A model generated the notes under the pieces. The model worked only from the letters and a program-made list of their open reading frames with translations. It did not search any database and was not told the origin of the DNA. A stretch of 49,490 bases of DNA, from NCBI GenBank assembly GCA_964532985.1, contig CAZHIL010000522.1:1-49490 (forward strand), written 5' to 3'. This DNA comes from an uncultured Albidovulum sp. Its GTDB lineage: Bacteria; Pseudomonadota; Alphaproteobacteria; Rhodobacterales; Rhodobacteraceae. A program made the position numbers and the translations under genes. This document shows positions 1 to 8,259 of the stretch, in pieces (the stretch's first letter is position 1; every line of letters begins with the position of its first letter).

Positions 1-837
1 ATCGGAAGAGGGTCAAACAGAAAGGACAGGATTACCGAATTGTTGCAACGGGTCAATCTTGAACCTTTGCGAAAGAAATTCCCACATCACCTTTCTGGAG
101 GTGAACAGCAAAGGGTAGCACTGGCCAGGGCCCTTGCACCCAAGCCAAGAATAATGTTGTTGGATGAACCATTTTCCAACCTTGATGACCGATTGAGGGA
201 TTACGTCAGGGAAGAGACCATCAACATACTGATGGAAGAAAATGTAGCAGTATTGCTGATAACCCATGAACCTTCCGAGGCCATGCGTATGGCTGATGAA
301 ATCGTATTGATGAAAGAGGGTAGAATTGTACAAACCGGCTCACCCTACGATCTATATGATTTTCCCAAAAACCGTGATGTTGCTTCGTTTTTCTCCGATT
401 TGAATGTAATACATGGGGTTGTGGAGAATTCAGAAATCAATACCCCCTTTGGGAAATTTGCCACTCCCGAATTCAGGGATGGGGCCGATGTAGAGGTTAT
501 TATTCGTCCCCAACACATGCGAATTGACTTTGACAGAAAAGGCAGAGGACCGGTTCCAACCGCTGAAGATGGTGTACCCGTTCCTGTTACGGTCATCAAG
601 TCCCGATATATGGGAAATACCAGTCTGGTTGAATTTCGGATGGAGAATGACCAGTCCTTGTTGAAAGCTTCCGTTCCCTCGGTCTTTTTACCCAAACCCG
701 GTGCAAGGATGTGGTTAAGTCTCAAGCGAAGCAAATGCTTTCTCTTTCCCTGTATCGCACAGACTAGGTTGACTGACCCCTATAAGCAGAAGAAAGACGA
801 AAATATAACCCTAGAAAATAATTCCCCCGTTACCTGA
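1..837 (+). CDS. ABC transporter ATP-binding protein, FbpC/PotA/CysA-type importer ATPase with C-terminal TOBE-like domain (5'-truncated by window edge)
   Basis: The frame is open from base 1. It contains the ABC signature LSGGEQQRVALARAL, Walker B MLLDEPFSNLD and H-loop LITHE. The C-terminal ~100 aa resemble a TOBE regulatory domain. Walker A lies upstream of the window. Confidence 0.85.
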   Translation: MGRGSNRKDRITELLQRVNLEPLRKKFPHHLSGGEQQRVALARALAPKPRIMLLDEPFSNLDDRLRDYVREETINILMEENVAVLLITHEPSEAMRMADEIVLMKEGRIVQTGSPYDLYDFPKNRDVASFFSDLNVIHGVVENSEINTPFGKFATPEFRDGADVEVIIRPQHMRIDFDRKGRGPVPTAEDGVPVPVTVIKSRYMGNTSLVEFRMENDQSLLKASVPSVFLPKPGARMWLSLKRSKCFLFPCIAQTRLTDPYKQKKDENITLENNSPVT

Positions 838-1002
838 ATCAAATTACTGGGGATTATCCCTTAGAACCTGTTACTTAAATTGCTAAGTAAATAAACCACC
901 CTAAGACATTATAGATGTACTATAGTTATAACCAATAATATAAGTTTAATTAACCAGACACTTTAACCCAAACTTTTAGTAGCTATTCTTACGAGGTATT
1001 AA

Positions 1003-1082
1003 TGCAACCTATATTGGTTGCATTATATGTTTTACAACCTATATTAGTTGCATAATGTGTTTTGCAACCTATATTAGTTGCA
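1003..1082. repeat. Three head-to-tail 30-bp units, each with 7-bp inverted arms TGCAACC/GGTTGCA around TATATT; candidate operator/promoter array
   Basis: Read directly. The copies are 1003-1022 TGCAACCTATATTGGTTGCA, 1033-1052 TACAACCTATATTAGTTGCA and 1063-1082 TGCAACCTATATTAGTTGCA. The period is exactly 30 bp. The arms are perfect in copy 1 and have 1-2 mismatches in copies 2 and 3. The existence of the repeat is certain; its function is inferred. Confidence 0.9.
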
Positions 1083-1084
1083 CT

Positions 1085-1711
1085 ATGTATCAAAATACTC
1101 AAAAAATTGCTGTAATTACAGGTGATTTGGTTAATTCAACAGAATTGGGACACATCAAGGTAGAACAAGCTTTTGCTACGCTTGAGGCTTGCGCCAAGAT
1201 GCAAGCGGATTGGTACGGAGCTCCCTTGCATTTCTCAAGACATCGGGGCGATGGTTGGCAGGTGGTACTAACCCGTCCCAAAATGGCATTGCGATCGGCG
1301 CTGGCGTTTCGGGCAACATTGCGGACTAAGGGAAGTGAGTTTGATAGTTACATGGGGATTGCTGAGGGTGATGTCGTTGGGGATATTGGGCCGGATTTGA
1401 ATGTGGAGACGGCAGAGGTATTCGCTGATTCAGGACGAACTCTTACTTCTGTGCGGGAAAAATTGTCATGGCAAAGAATTAAATGCAACGTAGATGCAAT
1501 TCAGGCAGTATCAATTCTTGCAGACGACATAACCCAAGGTTGGACTCCAACGCAAGCAGAGACAGTACTTCAGTTCATGGACCCCAATAAAAAGCATAAC
1601 AAAACCAAGGTTTCTAAAACTCTCGGAAAATCTCGCCAAGCTGTAACTAAATCGTTGAATGCTACATCATTTGGTGCAATTCATCTCGTACTTAAATTAA
1701 TTGAAGATTAA
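1085..1711 (+). CDS. SatD-like protein: N-terminal class-III-nucleotide-cyclase-like fold plus C-terminal helix-turn-helix
   Basis: Three N-terminal motifs resemble the cyclase homology domain metal-binding strands: IAVITGDLVNSTEL, HRGDGWQVVL and MGIAEGDVVG. The C-terminus KVSKTLGKSRQAVTKSLN looks like an HTH. The start is ambiguous: ATG 1055 lies inside the repeat array and ATG 1085 lies immediately after it. The adjacent DUF3307 remnant fits the SatD-SatC pairing as I recall it. Confidence 0.6.
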   Translation: MYQNTQKIAVITGDLVNSTELGHIKVEQAFATLEACAKMQADWYGAPLHFSRHRGDGWQVVLTRPKMALRSALAFRATLRTKGSEFDSYMGIAEGDVVGDIGPDLNVETAEVFADSGRTLTSVREKLSWQRIKCNVDAIQAVSILADDITQGWTPTQAETVLQFMDPNKKHNKTKVSKTLGKSRQAVTKSLNATSFGAIHLVLKLIED

Positions 1712-1715
1712 CTCA

Positions 1716-2438
1716 ATGACTAGTACTCTCGCCGCCCTCCTCCTGCCCATGTAGTTGCGGATTTCCTGTTACAAACCACCAGTATGGCCAAACAGAAGCG
1801 TAAACTAGGATTCTCCTCCTCCATGGTGTCATTGTACTCGTTACCGCACAATTGGCCCTCGGGCGGTTCGATGCCTGGGAAATTATCGTGCTTGCTGCAG
1901 GGCACATAGCAATTGATATCTTCAAGTTATATGCTCTGCCAGACCGGCTGGTTTCTTTTCTTACCGACCAGGGATTACACATCATTACAATCCTCGCAGT
2001 AACATTCTACGCCCCAACACTCTATACTGATGGTTATTGGGCTGACATCACCTGGCTACCTACGGTAATGATTCTTGCATCGGGGTTTATTGTCACCACC
2101 AAAGTTGGTAGCCATGCAGTGAAGCTTTTTTTCAGGATCAAAAATGGTCCGATATAGGAGACACCGATGATAACCTACTTAATGCGGGTCGCTTGATCGG
2201 CCTTCTGGAACGGAGCCTAATCTTCATCCTGATCATAGCAGAACAACCCGCTGGTATCGGTTTGTTAATCGCCGCAAAATCGGTTCTTCGTTTCAAAGCT
2301 GACCGTGAGCAGAAAGACACAGAATATGTCATTATCGGAACGCTTGCCTCTTTCGTGTGGGCCATGGTTGTCACATGGGTTACTATTCTACTTTTGCAAA
2401 CCGTTCACCCACTTGGAATTGCACTTGGATTACCTTGA
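1716..2438 (+). pseudogene. DUF3307 (SatC-like) integral membrane protein gene disrupted by at least three frameshifts
   Basis: The pieces read as follows. ATG 1716 gives MTSTLAALLLPM then a stop. The frame of 1748 gives HVVADFLLQTTSMAKQKRK (the H-x3-DF-x2-Q motif). The frame of 1804-2157 gives ILLLHG...AAGHIAIDIFK...FLTDQGLHII. The frame of 2112-2438 gives GRLIGLLERSLIFILII. The joined pieces read as one ~240 aa DUF3307-like protein. Shifts lie near 1745, near 1800-1810, and at or near the T7 run at 2126-2132. Confidence 0.6.
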
Positions 2439-2734
2439 GTTTTTAGCAAGACAGGGATTGTATTCGCACTGACTTTCTGAAGTCGTTAATAGTTGTATTC
2501 AAGTTATTTTGAATAGATTTTCTCAAGTAATTTTGGCAGAAGCAAAGGAGTGTTACGTACATTAATTTCTAAGTAATTATGTCTTTCCCGACAAGATTAC
2601 CTACTCGGCAGATGAATTAGAGATCACCCAATGCCGGTTCATGAATTTTCAAGGTTGCAAATTATCTTGAAGCAATTTACGGTGTCTTCCCAATCCATAA
2701 CAGTAAAACGAAGCAAAGGCATATACCATTGGAC

Positions 2735-4084
2735 ATGATATTGTTTGTTGTTGCCAGATGTAGCAATATTAACCTGCTTCCTTTACTGATTTCCATTTTT
2801 CTCACTGCCTGCGTTGGAGGTTCGGAAATTGCAGAGCCAGAACCTATTAATCCCGGAGCCCCACAAAGCAAACTGGAATTGCGTACCAGAGCAGACAACC
2901 CAAGTGCCAAGCGTATTGTGGATTATTTCCGTGTCAATTTAGGTAGTCCAAAGGGCAGAAAATTTGACCACAAGAACCAAAATTTTACCCGTTTTTCTTC
3001 TCCGCCTACCGTCCGCCTAACAAGTGAAGGAACTGGTAAGGAACGGGCTTTAATGCACCACGCCATTGGCCTGATAAACCGTGAATTTCCACAGCATCTT
3101 CATCTCAGGATAGGTAGCGATGTACCGCACATTGGCAATGTAAAACATTACGGGAGTGATGCAATCAGCACTATTCCAAATGGCGAAATTCATATATATT
3201 TTTCCGACAAGCAATCGGTAGGCTATCCTGCCAACGTTAATGCAGGTGGCTTTGCAAAAACACGCACCACCTATAACAATTCTCAAGAACCTTGGGTAAA
3301 GAAATCACTTGATGCCTCTTTTGTCTGGGTAAACGACAGTGTACGAATGACTGAACAGCAAAGATTGGCCATTCTATTGCATGAAATGATGCACGCCCTT
3401 GGTTTCATGGTGCATACCAATACAAAAGACCATCCTTCTTCACTCCTTGGTCCCGATGGACCTAAAGGTGGTTTTCATAAACAATGGGGGGCGCAAATAC
3501 CCGAAATAGACGGAGCTGCATTACGTGCCGTCTACAAATTACCCATAGTAACAACACCTGATCAATTTAATGTTTCCTCACTCGGCGATTGGGATACAAA
3601 CTCAATTGAGTTATATAATTCAGTTACAACCGGAAACCGAAAGCGGCTTCGTTTTGGTGTCAACCATGTCAATGATGTAACAGTACCTTGGACAAGTGGA
3701 GTCATTCCCGAAACCGAATTTGCTGTCAACCAGAAGCTTTCAGGCTTTACTATATGGCGAGGTGAGTTGTTGGGTTTCACACCATCACTCAGGCCAGTTC
3801 GCGGCAATGCCGAAATCCGTGTCAATCACGTCGATTCAACTGTTACAGCCACCTTTACGAACTTGCAGATATGGGACACCGGACAAACCCCAGGTGAAAT
3901 CGGAACAGGCGAGAGTTGGCAATCAGGAAGCATGGAGTACACGCTTACTTCAAGCGGTAACTTCCTGCGAAGTAAAGACAGCCAAGGAACATTGATAGGA
4001 CAATTTTTTGGATCCTCACATGGTGGGGTTGCAGGATCGGTTGAACTTGACGACCTTACCGCCAGTTTCGGTGCACGGCGCTAA
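2735..4084 (+). CDS. Lipoprotein with HExxH zinc-metalloprotease-like domain and C-terminal TbpB/fHbp-type 8-stranded beta-barrel domain
   Basis: The signal peptide carries a lipobox (LLISIFLTAC). LLHEMMHALGF provides an HExxH motif. The C-terminus GNAEIRVNHVDSTVTATFTNL...GTLIGQFFGSSHGGVAGSVELDDLTASFGARR matches the characteristic end of transferrin-binding-protein-like surface lipoprotein barrels. The start is taken at ATG 2735; the ORF track uses TTG 2729. Confidence 0.8.
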   Translation: MILFVVARCSNINLLPLLISIFLTACVGGSEIAEPEPINPGAPQSKLELRTRADNPSAKRIVDYFRVNLGSPKGRKFDHKNQNFTRFSSPPTVRLTSEGTGKERALMHHAIGLINREFPQHLHLRIGSDVPHIGNVKHYGSDAISTIPNGEIHIYFSDKQSVGYPANVNAGGFAKTRTTYNNSQEPWVKKSLDASFVWVNDSVRMTEQQRLAILLHEMMHALGFMVHTNTKDHPSSLLGPDGPKGGFHKQWGAQIPEIDGAALRAVYKLPIVTTPDQFNVSSLGDWDTNSIELYNSVTTGNRKRLRFGVNHVNDVTVPWTSGVIPETEFAVNQKLSGFTIWRGELLGFTPSLRPVRGNAEIRVNHVDSTVTATFTNLQIWDTGQTPGEIGTGESWQSGSMEYTLTSSGNFLRSKDSQGTLIGQFFGSSHGGVAGSVELDDLTASFGARR

Positions 4085-4365
4085 CTAATCAAAGGCTTTC
4101 GAAATACCTTGAATTGCTCGATTGTTATTAACTTCATAACCAACCTCGTGTTCTATTGGCAATGTTGATTTATTCCTTAGTTCAAATTCAATTTGCCAAG
4201 TTATTTCTGGGGAAGTGAGACATAGTTTATCACCAATTACTCCTTGCCCATGTCGTGCTGTATTCGAAGATTATTCGACTTGAAGCCAATTAAGGGTATT
4301 ACAATACTCAGTATTATTTGGATTTGAATTCTTGTTTAAACTATAAATGAAATTGGAATGAAGGA

Positions 4366-4455
4366 ATGTTGAACAATATTGGAATACCCGGACTACTGTT
4401 AATAGCAGTGGTAGTAGTATTGACTATCGTAATAGTCCGAAGGTTAAATCGCTAA
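4366..4455 (+). other. 29-codon ORF duplicating the 5' end (TM helix) of tatA; probable relic or mini-protein
   Basis: It encodes [29 protein letters not shown]. The first ~45 nt are near-identical to tatA at 4710 (atgttgaacaatattggaat...). It lacks the FG hinge and the amphipathic helix. There is no well-spaced Shine-Dalgarno sequence. Confidence 0.4.
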
Positions 4456-4709
4456 AGTCGTACAATTGCATTATTTTTTTGGGGAACATTTGACCGTCAA
4501 TTAGTTGAAAATTATCAGAACCAGATGTTCATTTAATCTTGATGAATGGTATAGGGATTTTTTCAGGGATATTAAAATTGAATAAATTTTTGAAGAAATG
4601 GTAAAAAGTAGATTTATTCAGACGTTTGAATTTCTTGAATAGAAGCGGATTTTGGTTTATATCAGATATGGATGGGCTATGAGGTCCTAATTGTAACTGG
4701 AGTGAGTAA

Positions 4710-4889
4710 ATGTTGAACAATATTGGAATTCCTGGACTGTTGTTGATAACTATAGTTGTTTTGGTTCTGTTTGGGCGTGGTAAGATTGCTGGGCTCATGG
4801 GAGAAGTCGGCAAGGGATTTTCTTCCTTCAAGAAAGGGCTGAAGGAAGGCCAGGAAGAAATTACCTCTGAAAGCGAACAAGAAAAGTAA
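4710..4889 (+). CDS. tatA: Twin-arginine translocase subunit TatA
   Basis: The 59-aa product is below the ORF-track cutoff. It reads [47 protein letters not shown]..., with a TM helix, FG hinge and amphipathic helix. A GGAGTGAG RBS lies ~6 nt upstream. It is followed by tatB and tatC. Confidence 0.9.
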   Translation: MLNNIGIPGLLLITIVVLVLFGRGKIAGLMGEVGKGFSSFKKGLKEGQEEITSESEQEK

Positions 4890-4913
4890 TCTAACAATTT
4901 TGTAAAGACTGAC

Positions 4914-5435
4914 GTGTTTGACCTTGGATGGGGTGAACTCCTAATTGTTGGGGTGGTAGCCTTGATAGTAGTCGGTCCCAAGGACCTACCCGGAATGTTC
5001 AAGTCCATAGGACAGGTGATGGGACGGATGAGGGCAATGGCCCGCGAATTTCAAAGGGCCATGGACAGTGCGGCTAGTGAGACCGGGGTCAAGGACCTTT
5101 CAACGGGGATCAAGGCTGTCACTTCACCCAAGCAGTTAGGATTGGACAAGTTCAATGATATTGCTGACAGGATGACAGATGGTTTAAAACTTCCCGACAA
5201 CAAAATCATGTCTACAGACCTTAAAGAACCCCCAAAGAAAAAGATACCTTCCAAACAGAAAGATACTTCCAGTGTCACTGAGGAAATAAGCAACGATGAA
5301 GAAATTAGCTTGAACGATAATCAAAAGCAAGCGGAAGACAAGGAGTCATCCGCTTCAGTTGATGAAAATGCCGGGACAGAAATGATCTCTGACCCAAATG
5401 GGGGTGAAACAAATAAAAATATCTCGGTACATTGA
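4914..5435 (+). CDS. tatB: Twin-arginine translocase subunit TatB
   Basis: It has a GTG start. The N-terminus MFDLGWGELLIVGVVALIVVGPKDLP is the typical TatB signature. The tail is acidic and low-complexity. It sits between tatA and tatC. Confidence 0.9.
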   Translation: MFDLGWGELLIVGVVALIVVGPKDLPGMFKSIGQVMGRMRAMAREFQRAMDSAASETGVKDLSTGIKAVTSPKQLGLDKFNDIADRMTDGLKLPDNKIMSTDLKEPPKKKIPSKQKDTSSVTEEISNDEEISLNDNQKQAEDKESSASVDENAGTEMISDPNGGETNKNISVH

Positions 5436-5444
5436 GATTGAGTC

Positions 5445-6383
5445 ATGCCTGACAAGGAAGACATTGAAAGCACCAAAGCCCCACTAATTGAACACCTGAC
5501 CGAACTTAGGAAAAGGCTGATCCACTGTGTACTGGCCTTTTTGGTTTGTATGGTGATCAGTTTTGCTTTCTGGGAACCAATCTTTACATTCCTGACCGAT
5601 CCGATTTGCAATGCCCTTCTGACCAGAGGGCAAGAATGTAACCTGATACTCATCAAATTGCAGGAGGGATTTTTTGTTGCTGTCAGGATTTCCTTCATGG
5701 GTGGGTTTATTCTGAGTTTTCCATTTCTCGGATTTCAATTGTGGAGGTTCGTAGCACCTGGGCTTTACAAAAATGAAAAAAGTGCTTTCCTGCCATTCAT
5801 GATTGCCTCACCCTTCATGTTTTTACTGGGGGCATCATTTGCTTTCTTCATCGTTATACCCTTGGCATTTAATTTCTTTCTCAGTTTCCAGCAGGAAAGT
5901 ACTCTGACTTTACCTGCACCCACTGAGATCATTATTTCAGAGGACTTGGAAACCGAAGCAGATCAGGTACTGTCAACAGAGGATGGTACTGAAGTTGACA
6001 TTCTTGCCGATGGTAGGGAAATTATCGCTGATGTTGGGGTTACTTTCCAAGGCTCGGTTGCCGAATATCTTTCGCTGACGATTAAATTCATTCTCGCTTT
6101 TGGGGTGTGTTTCCAACTTCCAGTACTGTTGACCCTGATGGGCAAGGCAGGTCTGGTTACCGGTAAGGGATTGGCAGGATTCCGTAAATATGCGGTTGTG
6201 TGCATATTGGTTCTGGCGGCCGTTGTAACTCCACCAGATGTCATAACCCAGGTAATTTTGTTTACAGCTGTATATGGTCTTTATGAAATTTCCATTTGGT
6301 TGGTAAAAAGAGTTGAGAGGAAGAGGGAGGAAGCTTATGCCGAGGAGGGAATACTTTTCGACGAGGATGAGGAAAGTTCATAA
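5445..6383 (+). CDS. tatC: Twin-arginine translocase subunit TatC (with ~40-45 aa acidic loop insertion)
   Basis: It begins APLIEHLTELRKRLI and has six hydrophobic segments with TatC-like spacing. It follows tatAB. At 312 aa it is longer than the usual ~250 aa. Confidence 0.9.
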   Translation: MPDKEDIESTKAPLIEHLTELRKRLIHCVLAFLVCMVISFAFWEPIFTFLTDPICNALLTRGQECNLILIKLQEGFFVAVRISFMGGFILSFPFLGFQLWRFVAPGLYKNEKSAFLPFMIASPFMFLLGASFAFFIVIPLAFNFFLSFQQESTLTLPAPTEIIISEDLETEADQVLSTEDGTEVDILADGREIIADVGVTFQGSVAEYLSLTIKFILAFGVCFQLPVLLTLMGKAGLVTGKGLAGFRKYAVVCILVLAAVVTPPDVITQVILFTAVYGLYEISIWLVKRVERKREEAYAEEGILFDEDEESS

Positions 6384-6436
6384 AGACGGTTGTTACTTCA
6401 TCTCCACTGAAAATTTCTACAGAATGACCTGATCCT

Positions 6437-7294
6437 ATGACTGATAAAAAATTGCTGGAACAAGTTACCAGGATTGCTACGGCAATCGAAAGGTTATCCC
6501 CGGCTCCACCTCACTTGACAGATTTCACTTCAACGGATGCCTTTGTCTGGAGGTTAAATCCGGATTCCTTACATCCAATTGAAAAGGTGAACAGGGTTGG
6601 GCTAGACCTATTGTTGGGTATAGACCGGACAAAGGAAACCCTATATCAAAATACCTTGAACTTTGCCCGGGGGTATTCAGCCAACAATGCCCTGTTGTGG
6701 GGTGCTCGTGGAATGGGCAAGTCCTCTTTGGTCAAGGCCATTCATCGGGAGATTTCTCGCACAGACAATAATTTGAAGATTATTGAAATCCATCGAGAGG
6801 ACCTGCCATCACTTGATCGCCTGCTGGATATATTGCGAGTAGCAAATGAGAGATTTATCCTTTTTTGTGATGATCTTTCCTTTTCGATGGAAGAAAACAA
6901 TTACAAGACCTTGAAGGCTGCGCTAGATGGGGGAGTGGAGGGTAGGCCCCAAAATGTAATTTTCTATGTGACTTCAAACCGTAGGCATTTGATGCCCAGA
7001 GACATGATTGAGAATGAAAGGTCAACGGCCATAAATCCCTCTGAATCGGTTGATGAGAAAGTATCACTTTCCGACCGTTTCGGATTATGGTTGGGTTTCC
7101 ATCCCTGTAGCCAGGATCTTTATCTGGAAATAATCAGAAAATATTGTATTCATTATGAACTGGATGCAACGGAGCAAATGCTTACTTCGGATGCGATCGA
7201 GTGGCAACAGACCCGGGGAGCAAGGTCAGGACGAGTAGCTTGGCAATACATTCTCTATTTGGCTGGCAAACTTCATCGAAATATTGAGGCTTGA
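6437..7294 (+). CDS. DUF815-family P-loop ATPase
   Basis: It has Walker A GARGMGKSSLVKA and Walker B-like ILFCDDLSF. The ~285 aa length and overall pattern match the AAA-like DUF815 proteins as I recall them. Confidence 0.7.
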   Translation: MTDKKLLEQVTRIATAIERLSPAPPHLTDFTSTDAFVWRLNPDSLHPIEKVNRVGLDLLLGIDRTKETLYQNTLNFARGYSANNALLWGARGMGKSSLVKAIHREISRTDNNLKIIEIHREDLPSLDRLLDILRVANERFILFCDDLSFSMEENNYKTLKAALDGGVEGRPQNVIFYVTSNRRHLMPRDMIENERSTAINPSESVDEKVSLSDRFGLWLGFHPCSQDLYLEIIRKYCIHYELDATEQMLTSDAIEWQQTRGARSGRVAWQYILYLAGKLHRNIEA

Positions 7295-7319
7295 ATATAT
7301 CAAGCTTGTAACTTTCATT

Positions 7320-8066
7320 TCATCCTCTACCAATAAAGGGCATTTTGGTAGCCATGATGGTTAGAAACTGGATATTGGTTTGCAAGGGGAATTGCGCTAT
7401 GAAGGCAATGGCATCTCCACAGTGTTCCACATCAAATACTGGTTCCGTACTTATTAATCCCGATGCTTGAGGAACACCAACCTTGAATTTGGCTGCCATG
7501 TCCGTATCGGCATTTCCTATATCTATTTGGGAACAACAGATATCAAATTCACGACCATCCAGGGACAGGCTTTTTGTCAAACCGGTTATCGCATGCTTGG
7601 TCGCTGTATAGGCTACTGTTTTTGGTCGAGGGGCATGGGCAGAAACAGATCCGTTGTTGATAATCCTTCCTCCCATTGGGGTCTGCGATTTCATAATCCT
7701 GAAAGCGTGTTTGGAACAAAGAAACGAACCCGTCAAATTGACCCTTACGCAGTTCTCCCAATCATCATATTCCAATTCATCTATTCCTACGGGTGGTGTT
7801 CCAATCCCGGCATTGTTGAACAACAGGTCCAACCTACCAAAATGCTTCATCAATTGCTCAAACAGCTTTGCAACCTGATCCGGATCCCCGACATCACTAG
7901 GAATGCACAAGGATTCTGTGTTCTTACAAATGGAAGCAGTTTCGTGCAAGGGCTCTGGACGTCTGCCAACCAAAACCAATTTATAACCGATATTTGCGAG
8001 CGATATTGCAGCAGATCTGCCAATACCTGTTCCCGCTCCAGTTATCAGGGCAACTCGATCGGTCAT
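7320..8066 (-). CDS. Short-chain dehydrogenase/reductase (SDR) family oxidoreductase
   Basis: It has the TGAGTGIGRS cofactor motif, NNAG, and a catalytic Y-x3-K (YTATK). A GGAGGA RBS precedes ATG 8066. Confidence 0.9.
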   Translation of the reverse strand: MTDRVALITGAGTGIGRSAAISLANIGYKLVLVGRRPEPLHETASICKNTESLCIPSDVGDPDQVAKLFEQLMKHFGRLDLLFNNAGIGTPPVGIDELEYDDWENCVRVNLTGSFLCSKHAFRIMKSQTPMGGRIINNGSVSAHAPRPKTVAYTATKHAITGLTKSLSLDGREFDICCSQIDIGNADTDMAAKFKVGVPQASGLISTEPVFDVEHCGDAIAFIAQFPLQTNIQFLTIMATKMPFIGRG

Positions 8067-8259
8067 GATGTCCTCCTAGAATTTGATAGCCCAACCATGG
8101 TAGCCATCAGATAGAAATAATAATACTAGTTAATGGGAGTTAGTTGATTTCCAATCAGAATGATCACAAGTTAATAGTATATGATACCAATTGGAAAAAC
8201 TGGAGATGGGAATTTTCCTACGGTTATTTTTCAATGTTACCATTTTCCTCAATTCGTCT

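Noticed and set aside
1003-1082. The 30-bp repeats considered as a CRISPR array
   Set aside because: The units are directly abutting with no unique spacers. There are only three copies and no cas genes. This is a tandem operator/iteron-like repeat, not CRISPR.
1852-2438. Track ORFs 1852-2157 and 2193-2438, considered as two independent small membrane-protein genes
   Set aside because: Together with the short ORF at 1716 and the frame carrying HVVADFLLQ, they read as consecutive pieces of one DUF3307-like protein. They are better explained as fragments of a frameshifted pseudogene.
4529-5008. 159-aa minus-strand ORF spanning the tatA/tatB region
   Set aside because: It is antisense to tatA and the start of tatB, and tatA/tatB carry unmistakable signatures. 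It is a shadow ORF.
7467-8114. 215-aa ORF on the plus strand
   Set aside because: It is antisense to the well-supported SDR gene and has no family signature. It is a shadow ORF.
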